A stretch of 64,000 nt of DNA from Candidatus Omnitrophota bacterium (GTDB taxonomy: Bacteria > Omnitrophota > Gorgyraeia > VGKH01 > JBHPFN01), in NCBI GenBank assembly GCA_042571725.1, contig JBHPFN010000001.1, forward strand, positions 71,218-135,217, in the 5' to 3' direction. A model generated the notes under the pieces. The model searched no databases. It had not been told where the DNA came from and saw only the letters and a list, made by a program, of their open reading frames with translations. Shown in pieces: positions 6,754-16,921 of this stretch. Position 1 is the stretch's first letter, and the number at the start of each line of letters is the position of its first letter. The translations under genes and the position numbers were made by a program.

Positions 6754-7482
6754 TTAGCGCATCATGCAGATTGCAGGAAGGCACCTTTTATGTGCGGTCT
6801 GTGCTATTTTTTTCTTCACCTTTTGAATTTTGGCGCTGTCTTTGATGTTGCGTTTGCCTGTAAACAGCATTTTTAATATGCTATCTAAATCATCGTAGGT
6901 AATACCCATCTCTGCTTCATCCGTCTGCCCTTTCCAGAGACCTGCTGACGGAGGCTTAGCGATAATTCTTTCTGGCACGCCGAGTGAACGCGCCAATTCT
7001 CTAACTTGTGTTTTATACAAATCGGCAATGGGTAAAATATCTACCCCTGCGTCGCCGTATTTAGTGAAATATCCTGCGTATAATTCTGATTTGTTACCGG
7101 TTCCTGCCACAAGATAGTTTAATTTATTGGCAAAATAATAGAGCGTAATCATACGCAGCCTAGCCCGTACATTGCCTTTGGTTTTAGCATCAGACTCAGG
7201 CAATATAGAAAGAAATGCGTCGTAGACCTTGCAGAGATCAACGGTTTTGACTTTAAGTTTAAACTTTTTTGCTAGAAGTTTTGCGTCACTGACGTCTTGC
7301 GGGATACTGTGACAGGGAAGAATAAGACATAGAAGATTTTTCGCACCGACTGCTTTTTTGGAAAGGGCTGCGATTACGCTTGAGTCTACGCCGCCGCTAA
7401 TGCCAAGGACTATGCCTTTTGCCTTAGCGTCTTTAACCTGCTTTTTAATCCAGGTAATTATTTTTTTCTCTGTGGCCTTCAT
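6754..7482 (-). CDS. nadE: NH3-dependent NAD+ synthetase
   Basis: SGGVDSS, NVRARLRM, GYFTKYGD, PSAGLWKGQTDE. No glutaminase domain. Confidence 0.95.
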   Translation of the reverse strand: MKATEKKIITWIKKQVKDAKAKGIVLGISGGVDSSVIAALSKKAVGAKNLLCLILPCHSIPQDVSDAKLLAKKFKLKVKTVDLCKVYDAFLSILPESDAKTKGNVRARLRMITLYYFANKLNYLVAGTGNKSELYAGYFTKYGDAGVDILPIADLYKTQVRELARSLGVPERIIAKPPSAGLWKGQTDEAEMGITYDDLDSILKMLFTGKRNIKDSAKIQKVKKKIAQTAHKRCLPAICMMR

Positions 7483-7485
7483 GTT

Positions 7486-8796
7486 TTAATCGGTGAGCGT
7501 AAACATAAGGTCTGCTTCAGCAACAACCTTATCCTCTACCTTTGCCTGAGTATGTACTTGCCCGGTGCGGGTGCGCATCTTAATCACCTCTACCTCTAAT
7601 ACAAGCTGATCTCCGGGGACAACAGGCTTGCGGAATTTGATATTGTTTGCGGCAATAAAGTAAGCGATTTTTCCCAGATGTTTTTCTTGCGAAAGCATCA
7701 ACACCCCGCCTACCTGCGCCATAGCTTCAATCATGAGCACCCCCGGCATCACAGGCCGGGTGGGAAAATGCCCGGTAAAGAAATTATCATTAATGGTTAC
7801 GTTCTTGATGCCTACGGCACGCTTACCTTCCTCTATAGAAATAATCCTATCTACAAGTAAAAATGGATAGCGATGTGGTAACACCTTCATAATGGTACTG
7901 ATGTCCATCTCTTTGCCTTTATGCACGTAGGTAGAGGCGATTCCGCTTGCTTCAAATCGTTTCTTCTGCTCAGCCAGTTTCTGCATCACGCGAAGGTTAA
8001 GCGCGTGGCCGCTTTTTAACGCAACCACGTGTCCCTTAATCGGCATACCTAAAAGATAAAAATCTCCAATCAGATCTAAAATCTTATGGCGTGCGAATTC
8101 GTCTTCTTTCCTGAGTTCGTTCTCAAGAATCTTGTCTTTTGAAACCACCAGGGTATTTTTGTAGTTTGCACCCTTGCCTAAACCTAAACCTCTAAGTTCT
8201 TCTACCTCATCTTCCAGACAAAATGTCCTGAATGAAGCGATTTCTTTTTCAAAACTATCAGGGTTGATTTCGATATCAAGATGTTGAGACCTCATTACGG
8301 GGTGATTATAACTTAAGGTATAAGAGACTCTAAACGACTTATGCGGCAGCACCGCTAAAGATGCCTCTTTATCATGAGCCCAAACTGGCTCTCTTACTAC
8401 AAAAGAATTGCGCTGAGCCTCTTGCTGTGTTAGCCCTGCTTTTTTAAGGGCTTCTACGTACGCAAGGCCGCTTCCGTCTAAACCAGGGGCTTCATTATTA
8501 TTCATCTCAATAAGAGCATTGTCTATGCCCAAACCGTTGAGCGCTGCCATAAGATGTTCAATGGTATGAATCTCAAAACCGTTTTTACCGACCGATGTTC
8601 GCCTGGCCATGCGGGCTTCATCGAGAAGGTTTCCTACATCTGCTTTTACGCACGGCTTATCGGGTAAGTCGACACGGACAAACGTAATGCCAGTATTGAC
8701 CTCGGCGGGTAGAAGCCGCACCTTCACCCGATTTCCTGTATGCAAGCCAACGCCTTCAATGTCAATGTGCTTGTTGATTGTATTTTGGAATTCCAT
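7486..8796 (-). CDS. lpxC/fabZ: bifunctional LpxC deacetylase / FabZ dehydratase
   Basis: GVGLHTG, TIEHL, HKILDLIGD; C-terminal LPHRYPFLLVDR, GHFP, EAMAQ. Confidence 0.95.
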   Translation of the reverse strand: MEFQNTINKHIDIEGVGLHTGNRVKVRLLPAEVNTGITFVRVDLPDKPCVKADVGNLLDEARMARRTSVGKNGFEIHTIEHLMAALNGLGIDNALIEMNNNEAPGLDGSGLAYVEALKKAGLTQQEAQRNSFVVREPVWAHDKEASLAVLPHKSFRVSYTLSYNHPVMRSQHLDIEINPDSFEKEIASFRTFCLEDEVEELRGLGLGKGANYKNTLVVSKDKILENELRKEDEFARHKILDLIGDFYLLGMPIKGHVVALKSGHALNLRVMQKLAEQKKRFEASGIASTYVHKGKEMDISTIMKVLPHRYPFLLVDRIISIEEGKRAVGIKNVTINDNFFTGHFPTRPVMPGVLMIEAMAQVGGVLMLSQEKHLGKIAYFIAANNIKFRKPVVPGDQLVLEVEVIKMRTRTGQVHTQAKVEDKVVAEADLMFTLTD

Positions 8797-8798
8797 AG

Positions 8799-9836
8799 TT
8801 ATTTTTTGTTTGATTTTTTTTCGAGCGCTTCTACTTTCTTTTTAAGCTCATCGATAACCTTATATAGGTCCGGGAGCCTCTGAACGCAGGCATTCACGCG
8901 CTTTGCGATATGGTGTGGCTTAGCGGGATAACCTGAAACCATAGTATTGGCGGGGACAGATTTTATTACACCGCCTTGTGCCGCAACGATTGCATTGTCT
9001 CCGATTTTAATATGTCCTACTAACCCTGCTTGTCCGGCAAGGGTAACGCTGCTGCCAAGTTCGGTACTGCCTGAGACGCCTGCCTGTGCAACGATAATAC
9101 AGTTCTTTCCAGTAATCACATTGTGGGCAATTTGAACGAGGTTGTCTATTTTAGTCCCTGCTCCAATAATTGTCTTATCAAACCGGGCACGATCAATCGT
9201 CACGTTCGCACCTATCTCTACATTATCCTCGATAATTACAGTTCCTATCTGCGGTATTTTCTTATGTACTCCGTTAACAGAGGCATAGCCAAAACCTTCC
9301 GAGCCGATTACCGTGCCGCTCTGTATCTCAACCCTATCTCCTATACTGACGTATTCTCTAATAGAAATATTAGGATACAATAAACACTCTTTACCGATTA
9401 TGGTGTTGTGTCCTACGTAGCAGCCTCCGTAGATAATCGTATTGTCTCCGATTGAACAATTATCTTCTACTATGGTGTGCGCGCCGACAGAAACATTTTT
9501 TCCAAGCGTTACTGTATCTGCAATAACTGCAGTAGAATGAATCCCTTGCGGGTGCTTAATCTCTCTAGGTGTCATAAAGGAAATCATTTTCGCAAATGCC
9601 AATGAAGGATTGTCAGTGCGCACAATCGGTTTAGGCGCAGATGTAACATCGCGCGAGGTAATAATTGCGGAGGCCTTTGTTTGATTTAACAGAGGCATGT
9701 ATTTAGAGTTCGCCACAAAAGTGATATCTCCCTCTTGGGCCTCTTTTATCCCACAGACACCCGTAATTACGGTGTTTCCGTCGCCAACTACTTCACCTTC
9801 GATAAGCTTGGCAATATCTCTTAAGGGTTTTTGCAT
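8799..9836 (-). CDS. lpxD: UDP-3-O-(3-hydroxyacyl)glucosamine N-acyltransferase
   Basis: Hexapeptide repeats, GSEGFGY, IDNLVQIAHN. Confidence 0.95.
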   Translation of the reverse strand: MQKPLRDIAKLIEGEVVGDGNTVITGVCGIKEAQEGDITFVANSKYMPLLNQTKASAIITSRDVTSAPKPIVRTDNPSLAFAKMISFMTPREIKHPQGIHSTAVIADTVTLGKNVSVGAHTIVEDNCSIGDNTIIYGGCYVGHNTIIGKECLLYPNISIREYVSIGDRVEIQSGTVIGSEGFGYASVNGVHKKIPQIGTVIIEDNVEIGANVTIDRARFDKTIIGAGTKIDNLVQIAHNVITGKNCIIVAQAGVSGSTELGSSVTLAGQAGLVGHIKIGDNAIVAAQGGVIKSVPANTMVSGYPAKPHHIAKRVNACVQRLPDLYKVIDELKKKVEALEKKSNKK

Positions 9837-9851
9837 AGTGAGCCGGTATTA

Positions 9852-10361
9852 CTACTTGTTATATTTTTCGTTAACTACTTCAATAAGCTGTTCGGTCACA
9901 TCTAACGCAGGATTACCATAGAGCAAAACGCGGTCATTAAGAATGAGCGTGTAATTGCCTTTCTCCGCGAATTCATTGATTGCATCTTGAATCTCGTTTA
10001 AAATCTCTTTGAGAAAATCATCCCGCTCTTTCCGTAAATCCATGGTCGCATCACGATCAAAATTTTCTAAATTAGCGAGCTCTTCTTCTATCTTACTTTG
10101 CGTCTTTTCTTTCTCTTGATCATTCAAAAGCGCCATCTTATCTTGCAGACCTTTTATTTCTTTTACCTTCTTTTCTCGCTCTTGCTGTTTTACCTCGCGT
10201 TTTTTCTCCAAATCTTTATCGTACTTTTCAGTCTTCTTATAGGAATCAAAAACGCGGCTTAAATCAACATACGCAACCTTGCCTTCTTCTGCTTGGACGT
10301 GAGAAGACCATGCGCACAACAACGCCAAAACCATACCTACTAAAATAACTGTTCTTTTCAA
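9852..10361 (-). CDS. skp: Skp/OmpH periplasmic chaperone
   Basis: Signal peptide, KVAYVD, coiled coil, located between bamA and lpxD. Confidence 0.9.
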   Translation of the reverse strand: MKRTVILVGMVLALLCAWSSHVQAEEGKVAYVDLSRVFDSYKKTEKYDKDLEKKREVKQQEREKKVKEIKGLQDKMALLNDQEKEKTQSKIEEELANLENFDRDATMDLRKERDDFLKEILNEIQDAINEFAEKGNYTLILNDRVLLYGNPALDVTEQLIEVVNEKYNK

Positions 10362-10390
10362 AATTCCCTCCTTATTTTGTTTAAAATTGT

Positions 10391-12685
10391 TTAAAACCCG
10401 TGACTAACGCTAAAATAGAGCTTTCCCTCTTTCTCCTCTTCTCCTGGTTCATCATTTAAAGGAAAGCCGTAATCGAGCCTGATCGGTCCAATGGGAGTCT
10501 TCACACGAAGCCCTAACCCTACACCTGCTTTGAACCCACCGTCTCCTAATTGATTAACATCTGGCCAAACATTACCAATATCATAAAATGCGGCTACACG
10601 TATAAATTCTATTAAAGGAACCGTATACTCTATGTTTCCCACCATAATAGATTTTCCGCCAATAGGATCTTCTGAAACAGGATCGATAGGACCGACTTTT
10701 CTCTCGTTATACCCGCGAATTGTGTAAGCACCACCTGCAAAGAATCGCTCGTAAATAGGCACGTCATCGGAATCGTCAAACGCATCAACTACGCCGACGC
10801 GGCCGCGAAACTCCAACACTGAGCCGAAAGGACAAGGAATATTATAGCTGCCCCTTAAGATATATTTCGTAAAATCTTTATCAAACCCAAAAGGACCACC
10901 GGCAACCTCTGCATAGGCACTTACAACATACCCTTTAGTCGGGTCAAAAATATTATCTCGCTTATCAAGGGTAAGTGTCGTTCCTATGCTGCTAATGGTA
11001 TTTGTGCCGATCTCCTTTTTAAGCTCACTGGTTGATTCGTCGGTAACGTTAGAAATTTTAATTTCTTCTAATTTATACATAAGGTCCCCGCGCAGATACT
11101 CCGTAAGCTCTTTTCCGAAGCGGACATCGCCGCCCTGTCTCTGTTCGTCGAATCCGTAGCCTATGTCGCTTTCTCTCTTGTGGACCTTTTTATACGCATC
11201 GAAGCCGAATGAAAGAGGATAATCTAAAAACCACGGCTCGGTCCAGCTCAAAAGAAAATTCTCCCGCACGGTTCCCAGCTCTGCACGCAGCACCAAATCT
11301 TGCCCGTCACCGGTAAAGGTTGGCCATTTCTTAAAATCGAAATTTCTCTGCCGAATCTCAACGAACCCTACAAACTCATCAATAGTGCTATAGCCTCCAC
11401 CGAAACTGAACTCGCCGGTTTTTGTCTCTTTTATCTCAACCATAAGATTTTTCTTATCCGGAGTACTGCCTTCAACAATGTCATAGTTTATCTCTTCAAA
11501 AAAACCTAGGTTTCGAAGCCGCTCTTTACTGCGGCGAAGCTTCTCTCCATCAAATCTTTCTCCGGGCTGAATACGTAGTTCACGCCGAATTACGACATCT
11601 TTGGTTTTTGTATTACCAACTATATTAATCCTATCGACGTAAGCGATATCACCTTCTTTGATGGTAAATGTAATATCAATTTTCCCCGTGACGGGATCAA
11701 TAGAGGTTGCCTCAAAAACTTGTGCGAAGATGTATCCTTTATCAAAGTAAAGGCTTTGAATATACGCGCTATCGACCTGGATCTTTGCGTAGCTAAATGC
11801 GCTGCCGGGAATCGATTCCTGTAGTGCCCCGCGTATCGCTGCCTCATCGACTACTTCGTTTCCGATAATAAACACTTCTCCCACGGTATACTTACTACCT
11901 TCAGTAATAGTAATCGTAATATGAATGCTTCCTTTTTCCTTAGTCTCAAGAGAATGGTCAACGATAACATCAAGATAGCCCTCGAACTGATAAAATGCCT
12001 TTAACCGCGCCAAATCGTCATCTAGAACCTCCTCTTTGAATACCCCGGAGGTAAACAGCGAATCGGCCCGTGTCTTTATCAATTTCATCAGCCGTTTTGA
12101 TGTAAATGCTTCGTTGCCTTGGAAGAAAATTTTTGTAATGCGCTTCTTTATTTTCTCTTCAATAACAAATACTACCTCTGCTCTGTTGCTTTGTGAATCA
12201 ACCGTTGAATCGGGAGTAATGCTGACGTCAGAAAAACCCCGTTTTTGGTATTCGTTCTTTATCTGCTTAACATCGTCTCCTATTTTCTGCTCGTCAAAAA
12301 ACTCACCCTTTTTTGAAGCAATAAGCATCCTTAGCTTTCTTTCGTTGAGATGTCGCTGCCCGGTAAAGGTAATCGAGTCAATAATAGGTTTTTCTATAAC
12401 AATAAAAATGACCCTAAAACCATCCTTATGGTCTTCACGATCAACGCTGACATCGCTAAAATAACCCGTATTAAACAACCTGTTGAGGTCTTCGCTGATA
12501 ATGTTCTGAGAATAGATTTGCCCAACGCGTGTTTTTATCTTCGAAACGATGGTGGTAACGCTAATGGTCTGATTGCCGCGAACATCAATGGCCGTGACCT
12601 GCTTGGAAGTTTCTTGCTGAGCAAATACATTGCAGGTAACGCAAAGAATGGATATCAATACCAGAAACGATGAAATTTTTTTCAT
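10391..12685 (-). CDS. bamA: outer membrane protein assembly factor BamA
   Basis: POTRA repeats, GNTKTKDVVIRRE, IRGY, TPIGPIRLDYG, C-terminal Phe. Start moved to MKKISS, which begins a signal peptide. Confidence 0.95.
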   Translation of the reverse strand: MKKISSFLVLISILCVTCNVFAQQETSKQVTAIDVRGNQTISVTTIVSKIKTRVGQIYSQNIISEDLNRLFNTGYFSDVSVDREDHKDGFRVIFIVIEKPIIDSITFTGQRHLNERKLRMLIASKKGEFFDEQKIGDDVKQIKNEYQKRGFSDVSITPDSTVDSQSNRAEVVFVIEEKIKKRITKIFFQGNEAFTSKRLMKLIKTRADSLFTSGVFKEEVLDDDLARLKAFYQFEGYLDVIVDHSLETKEKGSIHITITITEGSKYTVGEVFIIGNEVVDEAAIRGALQESIPGSAFSYAKIQVDSAYIQSLYFDKGYIFAQVFEATSIDPVTGKIDITFTIKEGDIAYVDRINIVGNTKTKDVVIRRELRIQPGERFDGEKLRRSKERLRNLGFFEEINYDIVEGSTPDKKNLMVEIKETKTGEFSFGGGYSTIDEFVGFVEIRQRNFDFKKWPTFTGDGQDLVLRAELGTVRENFLLSWTEPWFLDYPLSFGFDAYKKVHKRESDIGYGFDEQRQGGDVRFGKELTEYLRGDLMYKLEEIKISNVTDESTSELKKEIGTNTISSIGTTLTLDKRDNIFDPTKGYVVSAYAEVAGGPFGFDKDFTKYILRGSYNIPCPFGSVLEFRGRVGVVDAFDDSDDVPIYERFFAGGAYTIRGYNERKVGPIDPVSEDPIGGKSIMVGNIEYTVPLIEFIRVAAFYDIGNVWPDVNQLGDGGFKAGVGLGLRVKTPIGPIRLDYGFPLNDEPGEEEKEGKLYFSVSHGF

Positions 12686-12731
12686 ATCTTTCTCTCTTCT
12701 TTTGAAAAAATAATTCACAATACGCATTACG

Positions 12732-14063
12732 CTATTCCGTAAATGATAAGTTTTCAAACCGCATGTATTCCCGAACAAACGTCAGCTTCAGCGAACCCAC
12801 CGGACCGTTTCTCTGTTTAGCGATAATTACTTCTGCCAAACCTTTATTTTCTTCCGTAGGATTATAGTACTCCTCCCGAAGCAACAATACGACTAAATCT
12901 GCATCCTGCTCAATAGCACCTGATTCTCGTAAGTCAGACAGCTGCGGACGGTGATCTTGCCGAGATTCTACCGCGCGCGAGAGTTGGCTGATTGCAATAA
13001 TAGCGATATTAAGCTCCCTGGCCAATGCCTTCAGCGACCGGGAAATTTCTGAAATCTCTTGCTGTCTATTTTCTGTGCGAGCCGAACCCCTCATAAGCTG
13101 CAGGTAATCTACGACCAATAATTTGATATCTTGATGGGCTTTTAATCGTCGTGCCTTCGCGCGTAATTCCATGGCTGAAATCGCAGGGGTGTCATCAATA
13201 AAAATAGGCGCGTCAGAAAGTTTTCCTGCGGCTGCGGTTAGCCGAGGCCAATCAGAGGTAGATAAAAATCCGGATCGTACTTTATGGGCATCGACCTTTG
13301 CGTGAGAACAGAGCATCCTCTGCACAAGCTGCTCTTTGGACATCTCCAAGCTAAAAAATCCAACGGGTATCTTCTCGACGATTCCCGCATGTTCTGCCAT
13401 AGAAATTGCCAAGGCGCTCTTACCCATCGAAGGCCGGCCTGCAACAACCACCAAATCAGATGCCTGCAGACCTGCAGTGCGCATATCAAAATCTACAAAC
13501 CCGGTAGGAACACCGGTTACATGGGCCTTACGCTGATAGAGCTTATCAATGGTCTCGATGCTGTCTTTTATGATTTCTCTTACATGAACACACCCATTAT
13601 TTGATTTATGGTCGGTGATATTAAAGATTAACCGCTCTGATTTATCCAGCAGTTCCTCCATGTTGCCTTCGGCAGAATAGCTTTCGGTTACAATCTGAGT
13701 TGCATTGGAAATAAGTGAGCGCAGCATGCCTTTTTCTTTGACGATGCGGGCATAGTGCTGCACATTTGCAGCGGTAGGCACTGTTTCGGTAAGCGATGTC
13801 AAATACGCCACGCCGCCAATTGATTCAAGCTTTTTATTCTTCTTCAAAAGATCGGTAAGCGTGATTAAGTCAACGGCTTTATGCTCGTTGAAGAGCTGCA
13901 GCATCGCACTGTAGATTTGCCGGTGGGCATCCTTATAAAAAGAAGTATCATCCAAAAGCTCAATAGCATAGATGATAGCGTCTTCCTCAATCAGCATTGA
14001 GCCCAACACTGCTTTTTCTGCCTCAACGTTTTGTGGCGGGACTTTTAATTCCTCGTTACCCAT
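12732..14063 (-). CDS. dnaB: replicative DNA helicase
   Basis: PPQNVEAE, GRPSMGKS, DYLQL, SDLRESGAIEQDAD, KQRNGP. Confidence 0.97.
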   Translation of the reverse strand: MGNEELKVPPQNVEAEKAVLGSMLIEEDAIIYAIELLDDTSFYKDAHRQIYSAMLQLFNEHKAVDLITLTDLLKKNKKLESIGGVAYLTSLTETVPTAANVQHYARIVKEKGMLRSLISNATQIVTESYSAEGNMEELLDKSERLIFNITDHKSNNGCVHVREIIKDSIETIDKLYQRKAHVTGVPTGFVDFDMRTAGLQASDLVVVAGRPSMGKSALAISMAEHAGIVEKIPVGFFSLEMSKEQLVQRMLCSHAKVDAHKVRSGFLSTSDWPRLTAAAGKLSDAPIFIDDTPAISAMELRAKARRLKAHQDIKLLVVDYLQLMRGSARTENRQQEISEISRSLKALARELNIAIIAISQLSRAVESRQDHRPQLSDLRESGAIEQDADLVVLLLREEYYNPTEENKGLAEVIIAKQRNGPVGSLKLTFVREYMRFENLSFTE

Positions 14064-14491
14064 ACTCGAATTTTTGTAGTTACCTCTGGATGAAGTCGTA
14101 TTTCGACGTCATAAATACCCAGCGCCTTTATAGGCTGCTCCAAAAAAATAAGCTTACTATCAACGGTTATATTTTTTTCGGTTTCTAAAGCTGCGGCGAT
14201 ATCGGCTTCTGAGATGCTGCCGTAGAGTTGTTCCTCTTCATTTGCTTCTGCGGTAACCGTACAGGAAATACCTGAAATTTCTTCAGCAAGCTTCTGCAGC
14301 TTTCCCTTTTCTTTCTCCTGCATCAACACTTTGCGCTTCTTCTCTACCTCGATACGCTGCAAGTTCTCTGCATTGGCTTCACACGCAAAATCTCGAGGCA
14401 GAAGAAAATTTCTCGCATACCCGTCTTTTACCGATACAACCTCTCCTGCCTGACCAAGCTTTTTTATGTCTTTTTTTAAGATAACGTTCAT
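14045..14491 (-). CDS. rplI: 50S ribosomal protein L9
   Basis: VKDGYARNFLLP, LYGS. Confidence 0.97.
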   Translation of the reverse strand: MNVILKKDIKKLGQAGEVVSVKDGYARNFLLPRDFACEANAENLQRIEVEKKRKVLMQEKEKGKLQKLAEEISGISCTVTAEANEEEQLYGSISEADIAAALETEKNITVDSKLIFLEQPIKALGIYDVEIRLHPEVTTKIRVWVTRN

Positions 14492-14552
14492 CGCATCACT
14501 CTCTTAGGTATGTATTTTATTGTAAAATTAAAAAGATTGCTTAACCGTGCCT

Positions 14553-14834
14553 CTATAGTCTTATGTAAGGCAGGAGCCCTAAAAACCGAGCGCGTTTAAT
14601 TGCCTCGCATACTTTCCTCTGGTGTTTGGCGCAATTTCCTGAGAGGCGCCGAGATACAATCTTTCCGCGACCGGTCATAAATCTCTGAAGTCTGTTGATG
14701 TCTTTATAATCAACGGTTTTTAATTTCTCAACACAAAATTTGCAGACTTTTTTTCTAAACTCTCTTGGTAAAAGATCAGCCTTTTTTCTAAACTCGCCTC
14801 TCTTACCTTGATCTCTATCCTTCATTTTTCTCAT
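14553..14834 (-). CDS. rpsR: 30S ribosomal protein S18
   Basis: CKFC...DYKD...GKI...CAKHQR...[12 protein letters not shown]. Confidence 0.97.
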   Translation of the reverse strand: MRKMKDRDQGKRGEFRKKADLLPREFRKKVCKFCVEKLKTVDYKDINRLQRFMTGRGKIVSRRLSGNCAKHQRKVCEAIKRARFLGLLPYIRL

Positions 14835-15303
14835 TCAAATCCTCCTGCCAACTTGTATCTTCCTCGGGTAAGCGTGCTGCTTTTTCTCCATCCGTATTTG
14901 TCTTTGTTTGGTAGCTCTCGGAATTATCCTGAGGCAACCCCGGAGATTGCGCGCTGCGGCCAGCTCCTTGAGAAGCAGAACCTAAAAACTGTACGCGTTC
15001 AGCACGAACCTCTATCACGTTACGCTTTTGACCGTCGGGAGTATCCCACGACCGCGACTGAAGCCTGCCCTCAATAAATACGGGACGACCTTTAGAGAGA
15101 TACTGGTTACAGACCTCTGCTTGCCTATCCCAGGCGACTGCAGTAATAAAACAGGTCTCCTCCTTATTCTCTCCCGATTTATCTTTAAATCTGCGGTTGA
15201 CCGCCAAACGCAAATTTACTACCGCGGTACCGTTGGGTGTATAGCGCAACTCCGGATCCCGCGTAAGATTCCCCATTAACAATACCTTGTTTAAATTTGC
15301 CAT
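14815..15303 (-). CDS. ssb: single-stranded DNA-binding protein
   Basis: [30 protein letters not shown]. Confidence 0.97.
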   Translation of the reverse strand: MANLNKVLLMGNLTRDPELRYTPNGTAVVNLRLAVNRRFKDKSGENKEETCFITAVAWDRQAEVCNQYLSKGRPVFIEGRLQSRSWDTPDGQKRNVIEVRAERVQFLGSASQGAGRSAQSPGLPQDNSESYQTKTNTDGEKAARLPEEDTSWQEDLNEKNEG

Positions 15304-15336
15304 TGCATTCTCCTCTTTCTAAAATGTAGCCTACTT

Positions 15337-15618
15337 TTATCGCAGTATTAAAACCCTCAAAATATTATCGTTTAATTTCCAGGCCTGCTTAATCTTTATC
15401 ACCGCAGCGGGAGCCAGGAGAAAATTAATCACATAGTAGAGCCCTTCATCGAACTTCCTTATCTTAAAAGTCATCCTATGCTTCTCAGCCCATACCTTCG
15501 AAGATTGTATTTCCCCTTGGTTCTTAGTGATTTGTTCTTCGATTTGCTGAAATACCTCAGTTCTGGTGTTTTCATTCAAATCGGGTCTAATAATTACCAT
15601 CGCTTCGTAGTTATTCAT
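15337..15618 (-). CDS. rpsF: 30S ribosomal protein S6
   Basis: YEAMVIIRPDL...ILRVL; rpsF-ssb-rpsR synteny. Confidence 0.93.
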   Translation of the reverse strand: MNNYEAMVIIRPDLNENTRTEVFQQIEEQITKNQGEIQSSKVWAEKHRMTFKIRKFDEGLYYVINFLLAPAAVIKIKQAWKLNDNILRVLILR

Positions 15619-15630
15619 CGTATCTTCCTC

Positions 15631-16194
15631 TTATCCTTCCTTCCTTTTAGAGAGCCAACTAAATAAATGAGTTTCTGCTTCTTCGATAATTTCTTCGATA
15701 TCCTGTTCTTCACTCTTTTTAAAATCAGTGAGTACGTATTCTTTTACGTCGTCTTTGCTTTCGGGCCTTCCTATTCCGATTTTAAGCCTGGCAAATTCTC
15801 GAGTATGCAGCGAATTGATAATAGATGCGAGACCTCGGTGACCTCCATCGCTACCGGATAAACGAAGTCTGATTTTACCGAATTCCAAATCGATATCATC
15901 GCAGACGACGAGTACATCTTCGGCGCTGATCTTTTTTGTTTTCAGTATCCGCGCAACTGCCCTACCAGAAAGATTCATATAGGTAGTCGGCAACACAAGC
16001 AGTAGCGCAGATTCCTCAAGAGCGCTGTGTGCAAGCAAACTTGAAAAGAACAAGCTCTTTTTGAATCTCACAGCGTTTTTGGCAGCTATGCTTCGAACAA
16101 CGCGATATCCTATGTTATGCCGATTGTACTGATATTTCTTTCCCGGGTTGCCCAGTCCAACAATCGCTTTCAATGAACGTCTATTTTTTGTCAC
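15631..16194 (-). CDS. pth: peptidyl-tRNA hydrolase
   Basis: VGLGNPG, RHNIG, TYMNLSG, GGHRG, RLKIGIGRP. Confidence 0.96.
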   Translation of the reverse strand: MTKNRRSLKAIVGLGNPGKKYQYNRHNIGYRVVRSIAAKNAVRFKKSLFFSSLLAHSALEESALLLVLPTTYMNLSGRAVARILKTKKISAEDVLVVCDDIDLEFGKIRLRLSGSDGGHRGLASIINSLHTREFARLKIGIGRPESKDDVKEYVLTDFKKSEEQDIEEIIEEAETHLFSWLSKRKEG

Positions 16195-16906
16195 CCTTAT
16201 CTTCTTGTTTTTCTGGCTTTTGTTTTTCTGGTTTTTCCTCTGCGGCTTCTCCCTCAGCAGACTCTTTCTTTTCTTTAATTACCTCAGGCTCAGTCGCAGC
16301 TGCCTCTTCGCCTTCTGCGGGCACTTCTTCTACCTTTCTCGGAGGAATAACCGAAAGCACCACCGCTTCCACATCCTGTTTTACCTTAATGCCGTCAGGA
16401 ATGGTTAGATCCTTAACATGAATGGCATCGCCTATCTTTAATTCGCTTACGTTTACTTCAAATTTTTCCGGTATCTGGGTCGGAAGGCACTCGATTTCTA
16501 GCTCCCAGATATTATGCTCAAGGGACCCATCCTCTTGTTTAACGCCAATGGGCTCACCTTTGGCTTCGATAGGAACTTTTACGGTGATCACCTTTGTTAG
16601 AGAAATCTGATTGAAGTCGATATGCAGGATTTCATCAGTAACCGGGTCGAGCTGCATCTCTTTAATAATAACCGTTCTGTCTTTTTCTTTTTTTGCATCA
16701 GACTGAATCGATAATGAAATAATAATATTTTCACTATGCTGACTATGCAGCAAATGAATAAAGCTTTTCCTGTCGATTTTTACGGATGCGGCTTTTTTGC
16801 CCTCTCCGTAAACAACGCCTGGAATAAAACCTTGTTTACGTAACGCATTTACTTTGTTTTTTCCTGCTTCTTCTCGTGATTGCACTGTTAACTGTATCTC
16901 GTCCAT
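16181..16906 (-). CDS. rplY: 50S ribosomal protein L25 / Ctc
   Basis: IPGVVYG, HIDF, Ctc C-terminal domain and acidic tail. Confidence 0.95.
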   Translation of the reverse strand: MDEIQLTVQSREEAGKNKVNALRKQGFIPGVVYGEGKKAASVKIDRKSFIHLLHSQHSENIIISLSIQSDAKKEKDRTVIIKEMQLDPVTDEILHIDFNQISLTKVITVKVPIEAKGEPIGVKQEDGSLEHNIWELEIECLPTQIPEKFEVNVSELKIGDAIHVKDLTIPDGIKVKQDVEAVVLSVIPPRKVEEVPAEGEEAAATEPEVIKEKKESAEGEAAEEKPEKQKPEKQEDKGDKK

Positions 16907-16921
16907 TTGCCTACGGCTCCT

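Noticed and set aside
12686-12778. Extended bamA start given by the ORF track
   Set aside because: Overlaps dnaB; the signal peptide begins at the ATG at 12685
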